From the human T2T-CHM13v2.0 reference genome, Homo sapiens: a stretch of 64,000 nt of DNA. Under the pieces are notes generated by a model, which did not search any database, was not told where the DNA came from, and was given only the letters and a program-made list of their open reading frames with translations. Shown piece by piece: positions 46,512-60,599 of the stretch (its first letter is position 1; the number at the start of each line of letters is the position of its first letter). Made by a program: the position numbers and the translations under genes. The stretch lies in the NCBI RefSeq assembly GCF_009914755.1, contig NC_060947.1; one strand, written 5' to 3'.

Positions 46512-47662
46512 GACAGTAAACCTAAGACCTAAAACCATAAAATTCCTAGAAGAAAACCTAGGCAATACCATTCAGAACATAGGCATGGGCAAAGACTTCA
46601 TGTCTAAAACACCAAAAGCAATGGCAACAAAAGCCAAAATTGACAAAGGGGATCTAATTAAACTAAAGAGCTTCTGCACAGCAAAAGAGACTATCATCAG
46701 AGTGAACAGGCAACCTACAGAATGGGAGAAAATTTTTGCAATCTATCCAACTGACAAAGGGCTAATATCCAGAATCTACAAAGAACTTAAACAAATCTAC
46801 AAGAAAAAAACAACCCCATCAAAAAGTGGGCAAAGGATATGAACAGGCACTTCTCAAAAGAACACATTTATGCAGCCAACAAACATATGAAAGAAAGCTC
46901 ATCATCACTGCTCATTAGAGAAATGCAAATCAAAACCACAATGAGATACCATCTCACACCAGTTAGAATGGCAATCATTAAAAAGTCAAGAAACAACAGA
47001 TGCTAGAGAGGATGTGGAGAAATAGGAACGCTTTACACTGTTGGTGGGAGTGTAAATTACTTCAACCATTGTGGAAGACAGTGTGGCAATTCCTCAATGA
47101 TCTCGAACTAGAAATACCATTTGACCCAGCGATCCCATTACTGGGTATATATCCAAAGGATTTTAAATCATGCTACTATAAAGACACGTGTACATCTATG
47201 TTTATTGTGGCACTGTTCACAAAGACTTGGAACCAACCCAAATGTCCGTCAGTGATAGACTGGATGAAGAAAGTGTGGCATATATTCACCACAGAATACT
47301 ATGCAGCCATAAAAAAGGATGAGTTCATGTCCTTTGCAGGAACATGGATGAAGCTGGAAACCATCATTCTCAGCAAACTAACACAAGAACAGAAAACCAA
47401 ACACTGCATGTTCTCACTCATTAGTGGGAGCTGAACAATGAGAACACATGGACACAGGGAGGGGAACATCACACACTGGGGCCCGTCAGGGGGTGGGAGG
47501 CTAGGGGAGGGATAGCACTAGGAGAAATACCTAATGTATGTGACAGGTTGATGGGTGCAGCAAACCACCATGGCACATGTATATCTATGTAACAAAACTG
47601 CACGTTCTGCACATGTACCTCAGACTTATAGTATAATAAAAAAAAAAAAGAAAAGAAAAAGA
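46512..47662 (+). mobile_element. L1PA7-like 5'-truncated element (~1.15 kb)
   Basis: ORFs 46507-46842 and 47000-47434 are the ORF2 C-terminus; 3' UTR and poly(A) at 47638-47660. Confidence 0.88.
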
Positions 47663-50104
47663 AAACAGATAGATGGTTTCCTGGAATTGTAGGTAGAAGA
47701 AAAGAACTGGCTGCAAAGGGGCCCAAAAGAACCTGTTATAGTAAGGGAAATTTTCTCTATCCTTATTGTGGTGGCACCGGTGGTAGTGGTTACACAATCA
47801 TATACATGTGTCAGAACTTAAACTGTACACTTACAAAGGGTAAGTTTTATTTTATGCTAATTATACATTAATAAATCTGACTAAAAAATAAAGTTGCCTG
47901 GGACTAAATCTAATATGTAAGAGTATTATCAATAAATTTACCAACCTTCATCAAAGGTTGCAAAAAGTCCTGAATAAATGCCAAGATATAACATATTCAT
48001 GAATAGGAAATCTCTGTCAAAAGGATGTCAATTCTTCTTCAAATCATTCTACAGATTCAATATAATTTCAAGAAAAACAAACATTATTTTCTTGTAATTT
48101 GATAATTTCGTTTTAAAATTAAGGTAAGTGAGGAAAGGACCAAAAATAAGATAATCCAGAAAAAACAAGAAAAGTGGTGTGAGTGTGGATGAAGGCAGTG
48201 AACAGTAACTTGACTTTACAAATATCAAATTCGTTATAAAGCATTTGTAGGTAAAACAACACAAGTGTAGACAAATAGATTAATGAAACACAATAGAGAG
48301 CCTAGAAATAGACTCAAACACATATAAAAATTAGGCAATGTGGTGGAGTTTGCGGTCTAAACTAGTTGTGTATAAATGATATTTAAAACAAATAGTATTT
48401 TACATGGAAAAAAAACTGCTTAATATTTTACATCACATACAAGAATAAAATCCAGATGGATTAAAGAACTAAGTGTAAAGAAAATTTCTTGAACTCTTCA
48501 GCAAAATTTTGGAGAACATTTTTTATGATCATAGCATCAGGAATATCTCTTAAAGCATGATACAAAAAGCACAATTCATGGAGGAAAAGATTGATAAACC
48601 TGATATGAAAATGTAAAACTTCTGTAATGATAAAGGACCCCATAAACAAAATAGAAAGCGAAGTAACATTATAGAAGCAGATATATGCTATATATATCAC
48701 AAATAATTAGTATCCAGAATATATAAATAAGTCTTATGAATCAGTAAGAAGAAGCAACTGAATAGAAAATTCAGCAAATGTGAGTGGCCCTGAGTGTCAC
48801 GTTTGGAGGGATGTGGAAAGGAATGAAACGGGGGCTAGACACAAAGAAAGTTAAAGTTTATATATAATGTTTCATTTATTTTATTAAAACATATCAAAAG
48901 CCAAAACGACAAAATGCTAACAGTTGTTCACTCTGAGTAGTATATATGTGGTTACTTGTTCATTGTTTTGAAAGATTCTCTGAGTTTCCCTTAAATTTCC
49001 AAAATAAAAAAAGGGAAAAAAAACAAGAAAATAACTTGTAAACTATACATTTATAATAATAAATTTCAGCAAAGTGAAAAAAATAGAAGTTAAAATCATA
49101 AATACTAATTTTCTGCATAATCAATTAGCAGAAATAATGGTAGAAAGATCCCCTTCACAAAATTAAGAGCATAAAATAAATGTTACTGCTACCCATTCTA
49201 TACAGATAAATTTAGGCTTAGAGAGACTACACAGCTAGTAAGTAGAAGAGCTGAGGTAATAAAAATTATTTTAAAGCTACAATAATATTTAAACTTTGTA
49301 ACTAGGACAGGAAGAGACAGACTAAAAGAAATGAAGAATAGATAAATTCCAAACAGAATCTATTATATATTACAATTTGTATATATTACAGAACAGTGGG
49401 AATGAATGAATTATTCAGTGTTTGGTGCTATGAAACAATTGGCAGGGAAAACAATTTAGAAAATTACCTCACACTACACAGCAAAATAAATTCCAGAGGG
49501 ATTAAACATAAGCAATAAAAACTAAAACAAAATTCATTTAAGCACTTATCCAATTTTGAATGAGGAAGAAATTCTTAAACACGAATTCATCAGAAGAAAT
49601 TACAAATGAAAAGATAAATATAATTACATAAAATTAAGATTACTATGCATAAAAGTCAATTTAAAATGTAAACTTTTAAATGTAAACATTTAAAATGTAA
49701 GTGGGAGAATATTTTCCCTACATTTGACAGAAAGAGGTCTAATGGGTCAACTAAACATACATTGCCCATACAAATTTAAAAAAATGTAAGTTCTTAATGG
49801 AACATGTACAAAGATCATAAATAGATGTTTATAGAAAGGAAACAAAATTAATCAAGAAATATAAAAAAGTATTCAATCTCATTATAATAAAAGAAACACG
49901 TATTAAAACAGTAAGGTACCATTTTGCCCCTAACAGATCGGTAAAAATTTTAAAAGAATGGCAATGGCCAGCACTGTCATGGGTGTATGAGCAGTAATCA
50001 ACAATCTTATACAGTAGAGTGGAACACCTTCACATAGATATCAAGAGCCTTTAAAACGTTAGTATCTTCAGGCCCAGTAATGTCTTTCATAAAAACTCAT
50101 CTTA

Positions 50105-50420
50105 ATAATTCATTCAACAAATATTTAGTAAGTATCTACAATATGTCAGACCTTATTGTAGGTTCTAGCGGATATAAGAGTGAACAAAATGGAGAAAAAA
50201 ATCCCCGGGCTTGAGGGACTTACACCCTAAAACAGGAATCCAAACAATAGATGTAATGTATCTAGTCTATCAGGTGATGACACAAACCAAAGGTTTAAAA
50301 AAGTAAAGCAAGAAAGGGGAAGAGTGAGTGTTGGAAAAGATGGGTTTGCATTTTTATGTGAGATCATTTAGAATTCAAATGTGACATTTGAATAAAGACC
50401 TAAAAAAGGTGAGGTTCAAA
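50105..50420 (-). mobile_element. L2 3' fragment
   Basis: attcattcaacaaatatttagtaagtatctac...gtgaacaaaa, the typical reverse-complemented L2 tail. Confidence 0.75.
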
Positions 50421-50829
50421 GAAGCAAAAATAATTTAAACGATCAATATGTGATCTGTCATACAATTATGGTAGAAATTGAAAACTGAAAAGTATGCAGC
50501 CATTAAAAATTGTTTGAAGGCTGCTGACCGATGTGGGGAAATGCTCACAATATAATACCAATGAAAAAGCCAGATCAAAAATAGTACATATAAGATGTGA
50601 TCCCGATTATATAAACACAGAAACACATCTGAAAGGAAATACAGCAAGGTATCTCTGGACTAGGGATTTAGAGGTGATTTTTTTTTTAAATGTCTCTTCA
50701 TTTTCAAAATTTTCTGTAATGCGGTTGTTTTACTTTTATAATCAGGAAAAAACAATGTAATGGTAGATATTACAATCTTAAGGTATATTAGAAAATATAC
50801 TCAATTTTTTAAATGGAAGTGCTAGCCAT

Positions 50830-51250
50830 CCATGCTTAAAGTACTGGGTCCCGTTTTGGACATCATATATTAAGAGGGACACTGAAGATAGAAGTGTCTA
50901 CTGTATAAGTTTCTCAAAATATATATCACATAAGCTCAAGAACTAGCAATATATAGACTGAAGAAAAGATGAGAAGAACAACCATGGTTAAACATTTGAA
51001 TGGCCACTACAAGGAAGGGGAACAGCAATTACACAGTATAGCTATTGCTCCAAGGTGCAAGATCAATAGGTTGAATTCAGAAGACAGATTGCAGGTCAGT
51101 ATGAAGAATAACTTGCTAACAACCAAGCTGTCTGTTATCTGGTGGTGTTAAGCAACCTTTCCTGAAACCATTCACACTGAAAACAGATGACCATATGTAC
51201 TGGGTGATAAGACTGCCATCACATGATTGTTAAGGGCCCTGCCATTTCTG
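50830..51250 (+). mobile_element. Possible CR1/L3 fragment
   Basis: Degenerate ttttggacatcatatattaagagggac...agacagattgcaggtcagtatgaagaataacttgctaaca. Confidence 0.4.
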
Positions 51251-51402
51251 AACTCCTCTTTTACTATTTTGAAAGGTTATTTTATGCTATGGTCACTTAC
51301 ATAATTCCATCTCCATCCACCTCCCCTTCCCTTAAAAACTATATATAATACTTGTGTTTTTTTTTTTTTTTTTTTTTTTTTTTTGTTTGTTTGTTTTTTT
51401 TT

Positions 51403-51730
<328 letters not shown>

Positions 51731-54472
51731 TCAGTTTTTAAAGAGAAAAGTACCCTTCAAAATATATATCCTGGAGATTTTTATTCCCCCTTCTGTGTAT
51801 ATTCAGGAGACATATTTTGTGCAGACATCAATACGTTTAAAATCATGCTTTTAAGTATAAAAATGCTTTTATATTACCAACTAGTATTTCCCTTCACATA
51901 CATCTTCCCCCCAGGAAGAGACTACCTGGACCATTACATTTCAGAATGAGATAATCACCTTGTGTGTATTTAACAGTATTATGCCCCATCTTATTCTCAG
52001 TGACTTTAGTTTATTTCAAACCAGCAGTAATAGAAATACCACCTAATATCCAACTTTACTATATATTTTACAATACGGTCAGTTCTTTCCTTAACTCTCA
52101 GGACAGTTACAATTTCAGTCACCTCAGGAATAAAAAATGGAAGGTGCATTTCAATGACCCCTTCCAAAGTCTGTGAATACTCCCACCAAAATTATCAACC
52201 TTCAGAATTCTGTATAAAGTTATTAGTGTTGCTTATAGAAGTGACCAAACCTGAGCTACCTGCACAGAACCATGATAACACAATATAGAGCAGAACATGA
52301 ACTATAGAACCTTACAGCTTGGAGGCTCTTTCTAAATATCTTAATGGATTCATGTCAGTCACCCTATTCAAAACCCTTTTCCAAACCTCCCCCCACCGTA
52401 TTTTACAGTTATGGAAACAGGCTCCAACAAGACAAGTGATATGTCACAACAAACCGAGTATCCAAGTCAGGACTAGGCTATCAGAAATCCCATTTTAAGA
52501 GGGATTTTTAATATCAAATTCTTCATATTTTTTATCAAGTGCCTCTTCCTATAAATTGCTGAATAGAGAGAGTTGGAGGACCTGGGAAAGGCACTGGGTC
52601 TTTGTGAATTTCAGTTAAGCTACATGACATATAACCTAGTTTTTAAGTAAGTCACTGCTCCTGTGGACATGAGCCTGGAGGGACCCTTCCCTTCCCTTAC
52701 TATTGAAGCACAGTCATCTGCCAAACATTTGCAAAATGCGTATGCATCATCCAACTGAAGTGTTGGTAGGCACTGTGACCATCAGAGTGGGAAGGACTGT
52801 TATAAACCAGATATCATCTATCACTACTCAACTCTGCTGTGAAGTTTAATAATGCTGACCACACCTTTCTTTTTAAAGCGGTACATTTTCCTCTACATAT
52901 GAATCACAATTTATGACTACATAGTTCAGTGGTCTGTCGAATAATGTCTATCTCACCATCTAAACCATGAGCCCAGGATGGCAACAACTTTGTCTGTTTT
53001 GCTCACCATTATATTCTCCATGCCTAGTAAATGTTATGTATGCAAGAAATAAATTAGAAGGTGCCTCTCCTCTCTTGGCACCTTCATAACACTGTACTCT
53101 TCTAATTTTCCTTCCATATCCCTGACTTTTTCTCCTTTGTAGCCTTCACATAAGGTTCATCGTTCTCTCCCATATCCTAAAAAAAAAAAAAGCATTCTTC
53201 AAAGTACCACCCCTGAATCTCTTTTATTCTATTTCAAGTATTGAGAGGCAATGACTCTCAAATCACTCTCTCCTACTGACTTCTTTCCAGAGTTCCAATC
53301 CCATATTTTCAAATGTGCTCAGTACCTTTTACTGGGCTACAACAATATTACTACCTGTGTGGCCTCAGGCAAATCAAGTCCCTCACCCTGTCAAGATGGG
53401 TTTGCTCATCCACAAAATGAGGGAGTTGCATCTCCTTTGCATATAAAGTCCTAATTTTCCCATCTAGCATTCAGTATGATTGACAGTCAAGCCCTCCATC
53501 TATCTTGCCAAACACATCCCACATAAGTATTTCTGCATACACTTTACTCCAACACAACTAGCCTCTGAATAGAATACCTTTCCCATCCCCCAATTCTGCA
53601 CACTCAAAGTTTGTCTCATCTTCAAAGCTCATTTCAAATGCCACTTCCAGGAAGGTGTCTTTGATCTCCTTAAAGCCCTTTGCTTCTCTCTTATGGGTGT
53701 AGATCTCATCTCCTAATACTATAGTTGTTTGTCTATTTCTTCTCTTTCCTACTTGACTGTGTCATCTTGGAGGGCAGAGGCTATTCTTAAATAATCCTGT
53801 ATCTCCCACATTATCTTTGGTTCATCATAGGCACTTAGTAACCTTATATTGAATAGATTCCATTTAAGCCATGTCAGTTATCCTGCTCAAAGCCCTTTAA
53901 TCAGTCCCACTCTTTCTAGAATAAAGACCAACAGCCTTATAATGGCCCACTCCAGCAATCCCTTCAAAATAAAATTGAGATACCAAGTAACCCTCTGAAG
54001 TAGTCAAGTTGGCTTTCTATCCACTGTAAGAAATTTTTAAAATGGGATGAATCCTGTTTCCCCAATGCAGAAGAAAGCCCAAATTACCTTTCCTTTATTG
54101 AATGTATGGCCCCACAACTAATGTCAAATGGTTCATTCATTTATTTAAAAAACATCTGTTAAGCCTCCTACTCTATGTCATATACTAGGCTAATGGCTAA
54201 CGGTATAATTAACTGAACTGATACAGCCCTTCACCCACTTGGAATATATAACTGAAAGCGTAATTTGTAGAAACTCTAAGGAAATTAAGAGTTTTAAGAA
54301 AAAACAAACATTTTATCTGTCACAACACATGAACAATGCAACTTTGTGTAAATGTTAAATTCTTCATTAAAGGAGATATTTAACTGTAGGGTAAAAGATC
54401 ATGACAGGTGATTTAGAAATTAAAGCTGGGTCTAATTTGGGCCTCTTAAATTAGATGGGCAGGTAGCCTAGA

Positions 54473-54787
54473 CCAGTGCACTCAAAATGTAGCCCGCCAA
54501 ATCAGTGCCTGTCTGTGAACTTTTATTACCAGGCAGTAAGGACCAAAGTACAGAAGTCAAGAGTAAGCACTTAGAAAATGTTACAGCAATTTGAAAAAAT
54601 CATTTTATGTCTGTAGAATCTAATAATACAAATGCGGGCTTATCTTTTGTATGTCTTTTCTTTCATTTTCTAGTAATTCATGGTTAATTTATTTTACTAA
54701 ATTAACAGTCTTCTGTGATGGATTAGGAAACAAACAAACAAATGACAACAAACATTTTCCTTCACTAGGGGAGTTTGACCAGTACTC
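54473..54787. mobile_element. hAT-Charlie non-autonomous element (Charlie18a-like)
   Basis: cagtgcactcaaaatgt...aagtacagaagtcaagagtaagc...ttttatgtctgtagaatctaataat...agtttgaccagtact. Confidence 0.6.
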
Positions 54788-54794
54788 TACTAGA

Positions 54795-54961
54795 GCTTTG
54801 CTACTTGAAGTGTGGTCAGTGGAACAGCAGTTTCAGGATCACCTAATAGATTGCTAAAATGCAAAATCCGAGGCCCCTGCCATAGACTCTCTGAATCACA
54901 ATTCGCATTTTAACAAGATTCCCAGGAGATATTTTTACACATTAAAGTTTGAGAAGCACTG
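54795..54961. mobile_element. MER5A (hAT-Charlie)
   Basis: gaagtgtggtc...aaatgcaaaat...gcattttaacaagattcccagg...ttaaagtttgagaagcactg. Confidence 0.85.
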
Positions 54962-55019
54962 GCCTAACGATTTCCGAAGCCTCTCATAACTCTGAAATCT
55001 TATAATTTACTTCAGATAG

Positions 55020-55200
55020 AGAATTTCAGAGTTGAAAGACCCTCAGAGACACAGTCCATCTCAACATCTTACAGATGGAAAAACTGAGGCACATGGAGGG
55101 GAAGTCATATGTCCAAGATAATCAGCAAATCATCTGAGCTAGGAATGGAACCCAAATTTGCTAACAGCCAAGTCAGTGTTCCATTCTAGCAACCACATAC
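55020..55200 (-). mobile_element. MIR/MIR3 fragment
   Basis: ttacagatggaaaaactgaggcac...gtccaagat...gagctaggaatggaaccca. Confidence 0.7.
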
Positions 55201-56354
55201 TCACCCCTTTCCACCCAGTCCCACTGCATTGTATCCCCTCAGTGATGTAATTATTCCTGAGGTGTTTTCTGATAAAACAATATATTCTTCTACCTTCTGC
55301 ATACTGTATGAACCTTGAACTACCACTATTTCAAATGTGGTACTTTTCTTCATGAAATTAGAAAATTTCATAATTTTCTTTATGAAAATTCCTGCCACTC
55401 AAATCTTCCCACACGCCTATTGTCCGGATGCCATATAGACATTCTGGGGGCTTTAGAAGGACTAGTACTAACCAATTTCTGGTCTTTAGGAATATGAAAG
55501 CGACCTTCCTTGCTCCCATCAGTCCAGTTGACACCAGATAGCAAGCTCATCCAAGGAAGAGAATATACACTATCAGGGCTGCTCTAGAAAACTCCGTAGG
55601 GTCAATTTGTGGCTAACAAAACAAGTGGGCTATTAGGCCATATTAAGAATAGTCTAATTTCCAGCATGAAGTAAATGATAATCCTTTACTCTGTGGTCTT
55701 ATTGGATCCAAGGGTTAAGAGGGAGGCATGATTGCTGTCTTCAACTAACTGAAGAACTATTATTAAGAAAAAGCAAATTTGTTCCAGATAGTCCCAAAGA
55801 ACCAACGAATATAAGTTACTGGGAAACAGACTTTGGCTTATGATGGGGAATACTTTCTGACAATCAGAGTTGCTCCATGACACAAAGAGCCACCTAATGC
55901 ACTCTCTGTCACTGCAGGGAGTTCAACTAGAAATCAGTCAACAAATTGGATGCTTAGGATAAATTCAAGAACTGAGTAGAGAAATAAAGCTTAATGAATG
56001 ACCTTTTGGGCTCCTTCCAGTTCCAAGGTTTTAGTATTCTAAAATTTTCGGCACAGAACAACTCCAAATGCTCAGGAAATAAGAATGAGGTCTGTTTTTA
56101 AAAGGTGCAGTTTGGAGCATGTTGGGTGGATGAGGCTATAAAAAGTGAAGTACGATTTTCAAGGAAAGGAAGCTGACCAATCAAAGTCTTTTGGGCAGCC
56201 CCTCCAGAAATCCAGGTGAAGCCCGGCTCCAGGCTGAGTTCCTGTTACTCTACACGAAAGCCAGGCCGCTACTTTCCAAAAAACCTTGCCAAGCCACACT
56301 GTACCTATTGTATCTACACTTGCCTAACAGACAAAGGTGCAAAATTCTCCCCAA

Positions 56355-56625
56355 GAAGGCAGTAGTGCTTCATGGTTAAGACCACGGATTCTGGAACCAG
56401 GTTGCCAGTTTAATTTCCAACTGAGACATGTAATTGCTCTGTAATCTTGGATAAGTTACTTAACCTCTCTGTGCCTCAATTTTGTGAGTAAACCAAAGAT
56501 AATAATAGTGTCTGTTATTCAATGCACTATTCTGCTACAGTAATTTAATGAAGTAATACACACCAAACACTCAGCCCAGAATCCAAAATATACTACATAC
56601 TCGATAATTTTAGCAATTAGTATTA
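56355..56625 (+). mobile_element. MIR
   Basis: ggttaagaccacggattctggaacca...cttggataagttacttaacctctctgtgcctcaattt. Confidence 0.8.
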
Positions 56626-57768
56626 GGGATGTCAGAATTACTACCACAGGCACAGCAGCGTCACTCACTTAGAAAGCTCCCATCAAACAATTGGATCCCT
56701 TCCCCTACCAGTTCTGAAGGGCTATACTACAAGAGCCTCAATCAGTCTTTGCAGAGCTCCAGACAACCAGAACTTGCTGACTCTCAATAAGCCAAACTAC
56801 TCACGTTAGTAATCCTACCTCATCACCCTGCTTTCCATAAATCCAACAGCCACCCTTCCCCCAGTCCTCTTGCCCATGCCACCCGCAGCCACAGCCACAG
56901 CCACAGTCAGAGGAGCAACAAACTGGGAGGCCAGTTGCAGACAAACCATCAGGTGTTTCCTCCCTTCCAAGGACACAGCTGGACTTAACATGATGCCTAT
57001 GAGTGAGATGGGGTGGGGTATCTCAATCTCTGATCTAGGATGTCAGCTCAATTATCTGGAATTGAGGGTGGGCAGGCAATGGAGCTTCTCGCCGGGAAAC
57101 AAGGCAAACCTCCCAAGTTTGTGGAGGAAGTCAGGCCCAACCCCACAGTGAGCCCCTCAAAGGAAGGGGGGAGGGCTCAATCTGCTTTAAAGGAAGCAGT
57201 TATTTACAACTTTCTACTCACTTGCATGTGGGGGAGGTAATGGGGAGATGGGGAAAGAGGCTGCAAGGTACCCTCCTTCTTTCTTATTTCCAGCAGTGAG
57301 AAGCAGCTGCGGAGAAAGAGTTAAAGAAGGGAGAAAGCTCCAGCCATTACTACATCCCTGGTGCCTAGAGCTGTCTGGGGGGTCATGACAGTGCTGTCTG
57401 CTTTGGCTAGGGGCCACTCCGTGGCTTTCTGCAGCAGCTGCTGGGGCCCCCCAAGCAATTTGCAAGGTCAGTGCTGACCTGCTTCCAAAGAGGAACAAAA
57501 CAATTCACTGACAATGAAGCAAATCACGCATATACCACATCGCAACCCCCCTTCCTCAAATCGGGTTTTACCCCAGTGTCTCCCTGCTCAGATGCCGCCT
57601 CTGGGCTTCCACCAGCCCCACTGGGGAACCCAGGATAGCATCACAGCTGCAGAGCATGCCTCGCCTCCCGGCCAACCCAAGGAGACTCTCAGTACGGGGG
57701 AGAGATGCTATCGCTAAAGGAGACCTGAGCTTGGGGGAGGGGGAAGAAGGAACATCAATGTTTCTTAC

Positions 57769-57941
57769 CGAGCTCTACAGTCTGAGCGGAAAGGAGAGAA
57801 GGATGAATGAACTGAAACAAGTTGGAGGTTGAGCCCTGACAGAGCTCGGCTTCTGGCTGCTTCTTCTCTCTCTGGGTCTCTCTCCTGGTCCCTCTCTCGG
57901 TCTGTCTCTCTGGTTTGCTCGCTAGCTTGCGCGCGCTCACG

Positions 57942-57989
<48 letters not shown>

Positions 57990-57990
57990 C
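57769..57990 (-). other. GABRA3: GABRA3 (GABA-A receptor alpha-3) non-coding exon 1; 5' limit approximate (within the GA repeat)
   Basis: Minus strand reads (GA)n-GCGAGAGAGCGTGAGCGCGCGCAAGCTAG...CCTTTCCGCTCAGACTGTAGAGCTCG|GTAAGA, recognised as the GABRA3 5' UTR. Canonical GTAAG donor at 57768-57764; no ATG in the exon. MIR105/767 lie downstream on the same strand, as known for GABRA3 intron 1. Confidence 0.9.
57950..57986. repeat. (CT)18 / (GA)18 microsatellite at the transcription start region
   Basis: Direct reading. Confidence 0.95.
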
Positions 57991-59904
57991 TGCCTCCCTC
58001 CCTCTCTGTCAGTTTCTCCCTCCCCTCCTCCCCTCCCCTTCTCCCCTCCCCCTTTGCTGGCTTTAGGTTCACCACTGGTGCTTAGCACGCGGCTGTGCTG
58101 GGGCTCTGAATACAGTACTGCAAGGCTTTAGATGTGGTTGTTTTACGAAATACTAAAGTAGTATTTTATTCCTTAAGGCATCCAACAGAGAAATAGAGGG
58201 AAGCCCAGAGAGAAAGGGAGGAGCAGAGGCAGCAAAGGGAAGAGAAAGAGAGCAAAAGGGTATGAGCGAATAGGAGGATAAAGGAAGTATGGGTTACTGT
58301 AGCTGATGTGTGATGCTTACTTGCTGCTCCGAGACTGAAGAGTGAGCTTCCTCCTTTTTCCCTCTGTCTCCCTTATATCCTTATGGGCGTGCCTTCTAAC
58401 CCAGGCTGCAAATAAAGGTTTGACAATCCTGTCTGTTCAGATTCCATCTCTGGGGACAATAATGAGCTAGAAAAATGTACATCAAAGGGGTTGTCATTCA
58501 TACTCCACTAAGAAGAAAGAGTTCCGCCACATTGATCCCCTGTTGACCTAACTTCCACCCCCACCCTCAACCAAGTAGAAGTGCAGACCCAATTCAAAAC
58601 TATCAGTTCTAGCTTCCCTGTAGGTAAGACAGACAAGCAGCAGAACCACAATGCTTTCTTTTCAAAAATTCCAAAGGGAATATAGATGTATGTAATTGTG
58701 TGAGCCTATACATGAGTTGCACAAGGACTAAGGTGGGGAGAAGGATAATTATTGACTCAAAGTATAAAAGAACTATATTCCCATTGGGTCAAAAGAAAAA
58801 AAGCAACCTAGGCAAAGCACAGTAACAATGCAGCATAGAGTGGAAAAAGACCTAGGCTAAAAATAAAATAAAGGAACTTGAGTTTGAGTTCTGCCTCTGA
58901 AAATTGCTGTGTTGCTTTCAACGAGTTCTTCAATCTGGCCCTCAATATCCTCAGTGACCAAATGAATGGTAATGGAAATAGATGATCTTAAAAGACCCTT
59001 CCAGAACTAACAGTCTAGGAATCTAAAGACAGGAAAATTCCAGGTAAAGGAGAAGTTGGCCCTTAGAAAATAAAAACTAAACTGCCACATTTCAAAAGTT
59101 CTCCAAAGGTGAGTCCCCAAATGCGACTCCAAATCACATTGATTCAACATTCCATCTTTTGTGTTTCAGGGATAATACCAATATAAGCACGTGAATAAAG
59201 AGCTGTTCCTATCAAAGAATTCAGCATCTGCTTACATATAATGATTAGTATAAAAGTTTTCTTAGTCAAACTCTTCATATTGTGATTTCTAGTCCTGTTA
59301 GAAAAATTCAGAGGGCATCTAATTGAAAGTGAGTTATATAGTGTGTTTAAGTATACTAGTGTCAATATACATACAGTGACTGGGACATAATAGGCATTTA
59401 CAATGTTGCCCATAGTGTGCCATTTCTCTTTAAACTACCATCCTGTTGGTTTTTTTCCCCCAAATTTCTAATGCTCTCTACTCCTGCCAAATGAAGTACA
59501 TGTGCTACACTCCTATACATCTTCAAAAGCATGTGTCCATACATTGAGTAGAAGATAGATAGGTACTCGTAAGCTTAGAGTCACTGAGCTAAAGGGACCC
59601 ATAAAGATAACCATGTCATTGTACAGAAAAAGAAACTAGACTAAATAGAAAATATAATTCACACAAGGTCATAGTGAGTCAGTGGCAGAATCAAGGCCAG
59701 TACTCAGATTGCTGACTGCAGGTACAGTATTTTTCTCTACAAAATTAACATGTAACTTGCACATAAAGCAAGTGTGTATGTGAGCATAAAGCTATAAATA
59801 CTTTTTCCTGCATAGGTACCCATTTTCATGTGTAGATTTGTTTGCATAAATGTCCATTGGATTTAATAGATTAGTATACTGGCAAAAAGAAATATTAAGG
59901 TTGC

Positions 59905-60345
59905 TGTATTAGTTTTCTAGGGCTGCCATAACAAATTACCATAAATTCAGTAGCTTAAAACAACAGAAATTTATTGTCTCACAGTTCTGAAGGTCAGAAG
60001 TCTAAAATCGAGATGCTGGCAGGGTCAAACTACTCCAAAAGTTCTAGAGAATGATTTCTTGTCTCTTCCAGCTTCTGGTGGTTTCCAGTGTTCCTTGGCT
60101 TATCACTGAATCTCTGCCTCGGTCTTCAAATGGTCTTCTCCTCTGATTTCTGTGTGCCCAAATCTCCCTCTTTTTTCTTATAAAGACACCAGTCATTGGA
60201 TTTAAGGCCCAACCTAAATCCGGAATGATTTCATCTCAAGATCTTTAACTACTTCCTTTTGCAAATACCATACCATTGAAATGAGGTCACACCCTGAGGT
60301 TATAGACGAACATGAATTTTGGGGGACACTATTCAGTCTACTACA
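59905..60345 (-). mobile_element. MaLR solo LTR (MLT1A-C-like)
   Basis: tgtattagttttctagggctgccataacaaattacc...ctcacagttctg...ggggacactattcagtctactaca. Confidence 0.88.
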
Positions 60346-60599
60346 ATTGAAAACTTTTCATCTAATAAAGATACCAAACAAACAAATAAACCATCTGGGT
60401 GCCACCATTTATTTTAAAGAAAAGATATTTTAATATAAATAAGTTGGATTAAGACACTCTCTGAACAAAAAAACTCTTCTCTGAATCATACAATTATACC
60501 TGTATGAAAACTTCACAGCATTTTCATAATTTTCCCACTTGACTGCAAACCAAAAACAAACAAACAACAACAACAACAAAAAAAACAGAATCCTTTATT

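Larger units (their letters stand above)
39050..48780 (+). mobile_element. Stack of old L1M fragments (L1ME/L1MC-like) with younger insertions
   Basis: Repeated ORF2 relics (e.g. aagagctggttctttgaaaagatcaataaa at 40361; tttcaacaaatggtgctgg at 44400) and old 3' UTRs; L1MC-like end at ~45740. Confidence 0.7.
57500..58420 (-). promoter_or_regulatory. GABRA3: GABRA3 promoter region
   Basis: Transposon-free, locally CpG-enriched (gcgcgcgc at ~57929-57936), GA/polypurine tracts around the first exon. Confidence 0.75.

Noticed and set aside
56120-56280. TATAAAAAG and CCAAT on the + strand in unique sequence, suggesting an antisense promoter
   Set aside because: CCAAT lies downstream of the TATA (wrong order) and there is no other support.
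57755-58131. Three ~100-aa ORFs with RE/SL repeats over the promoter
   Set aside because: They are translations of the GA/CT microsatellite, start at non-ATG codons and run through the exon-1 donor; exon 1 has no ATG.
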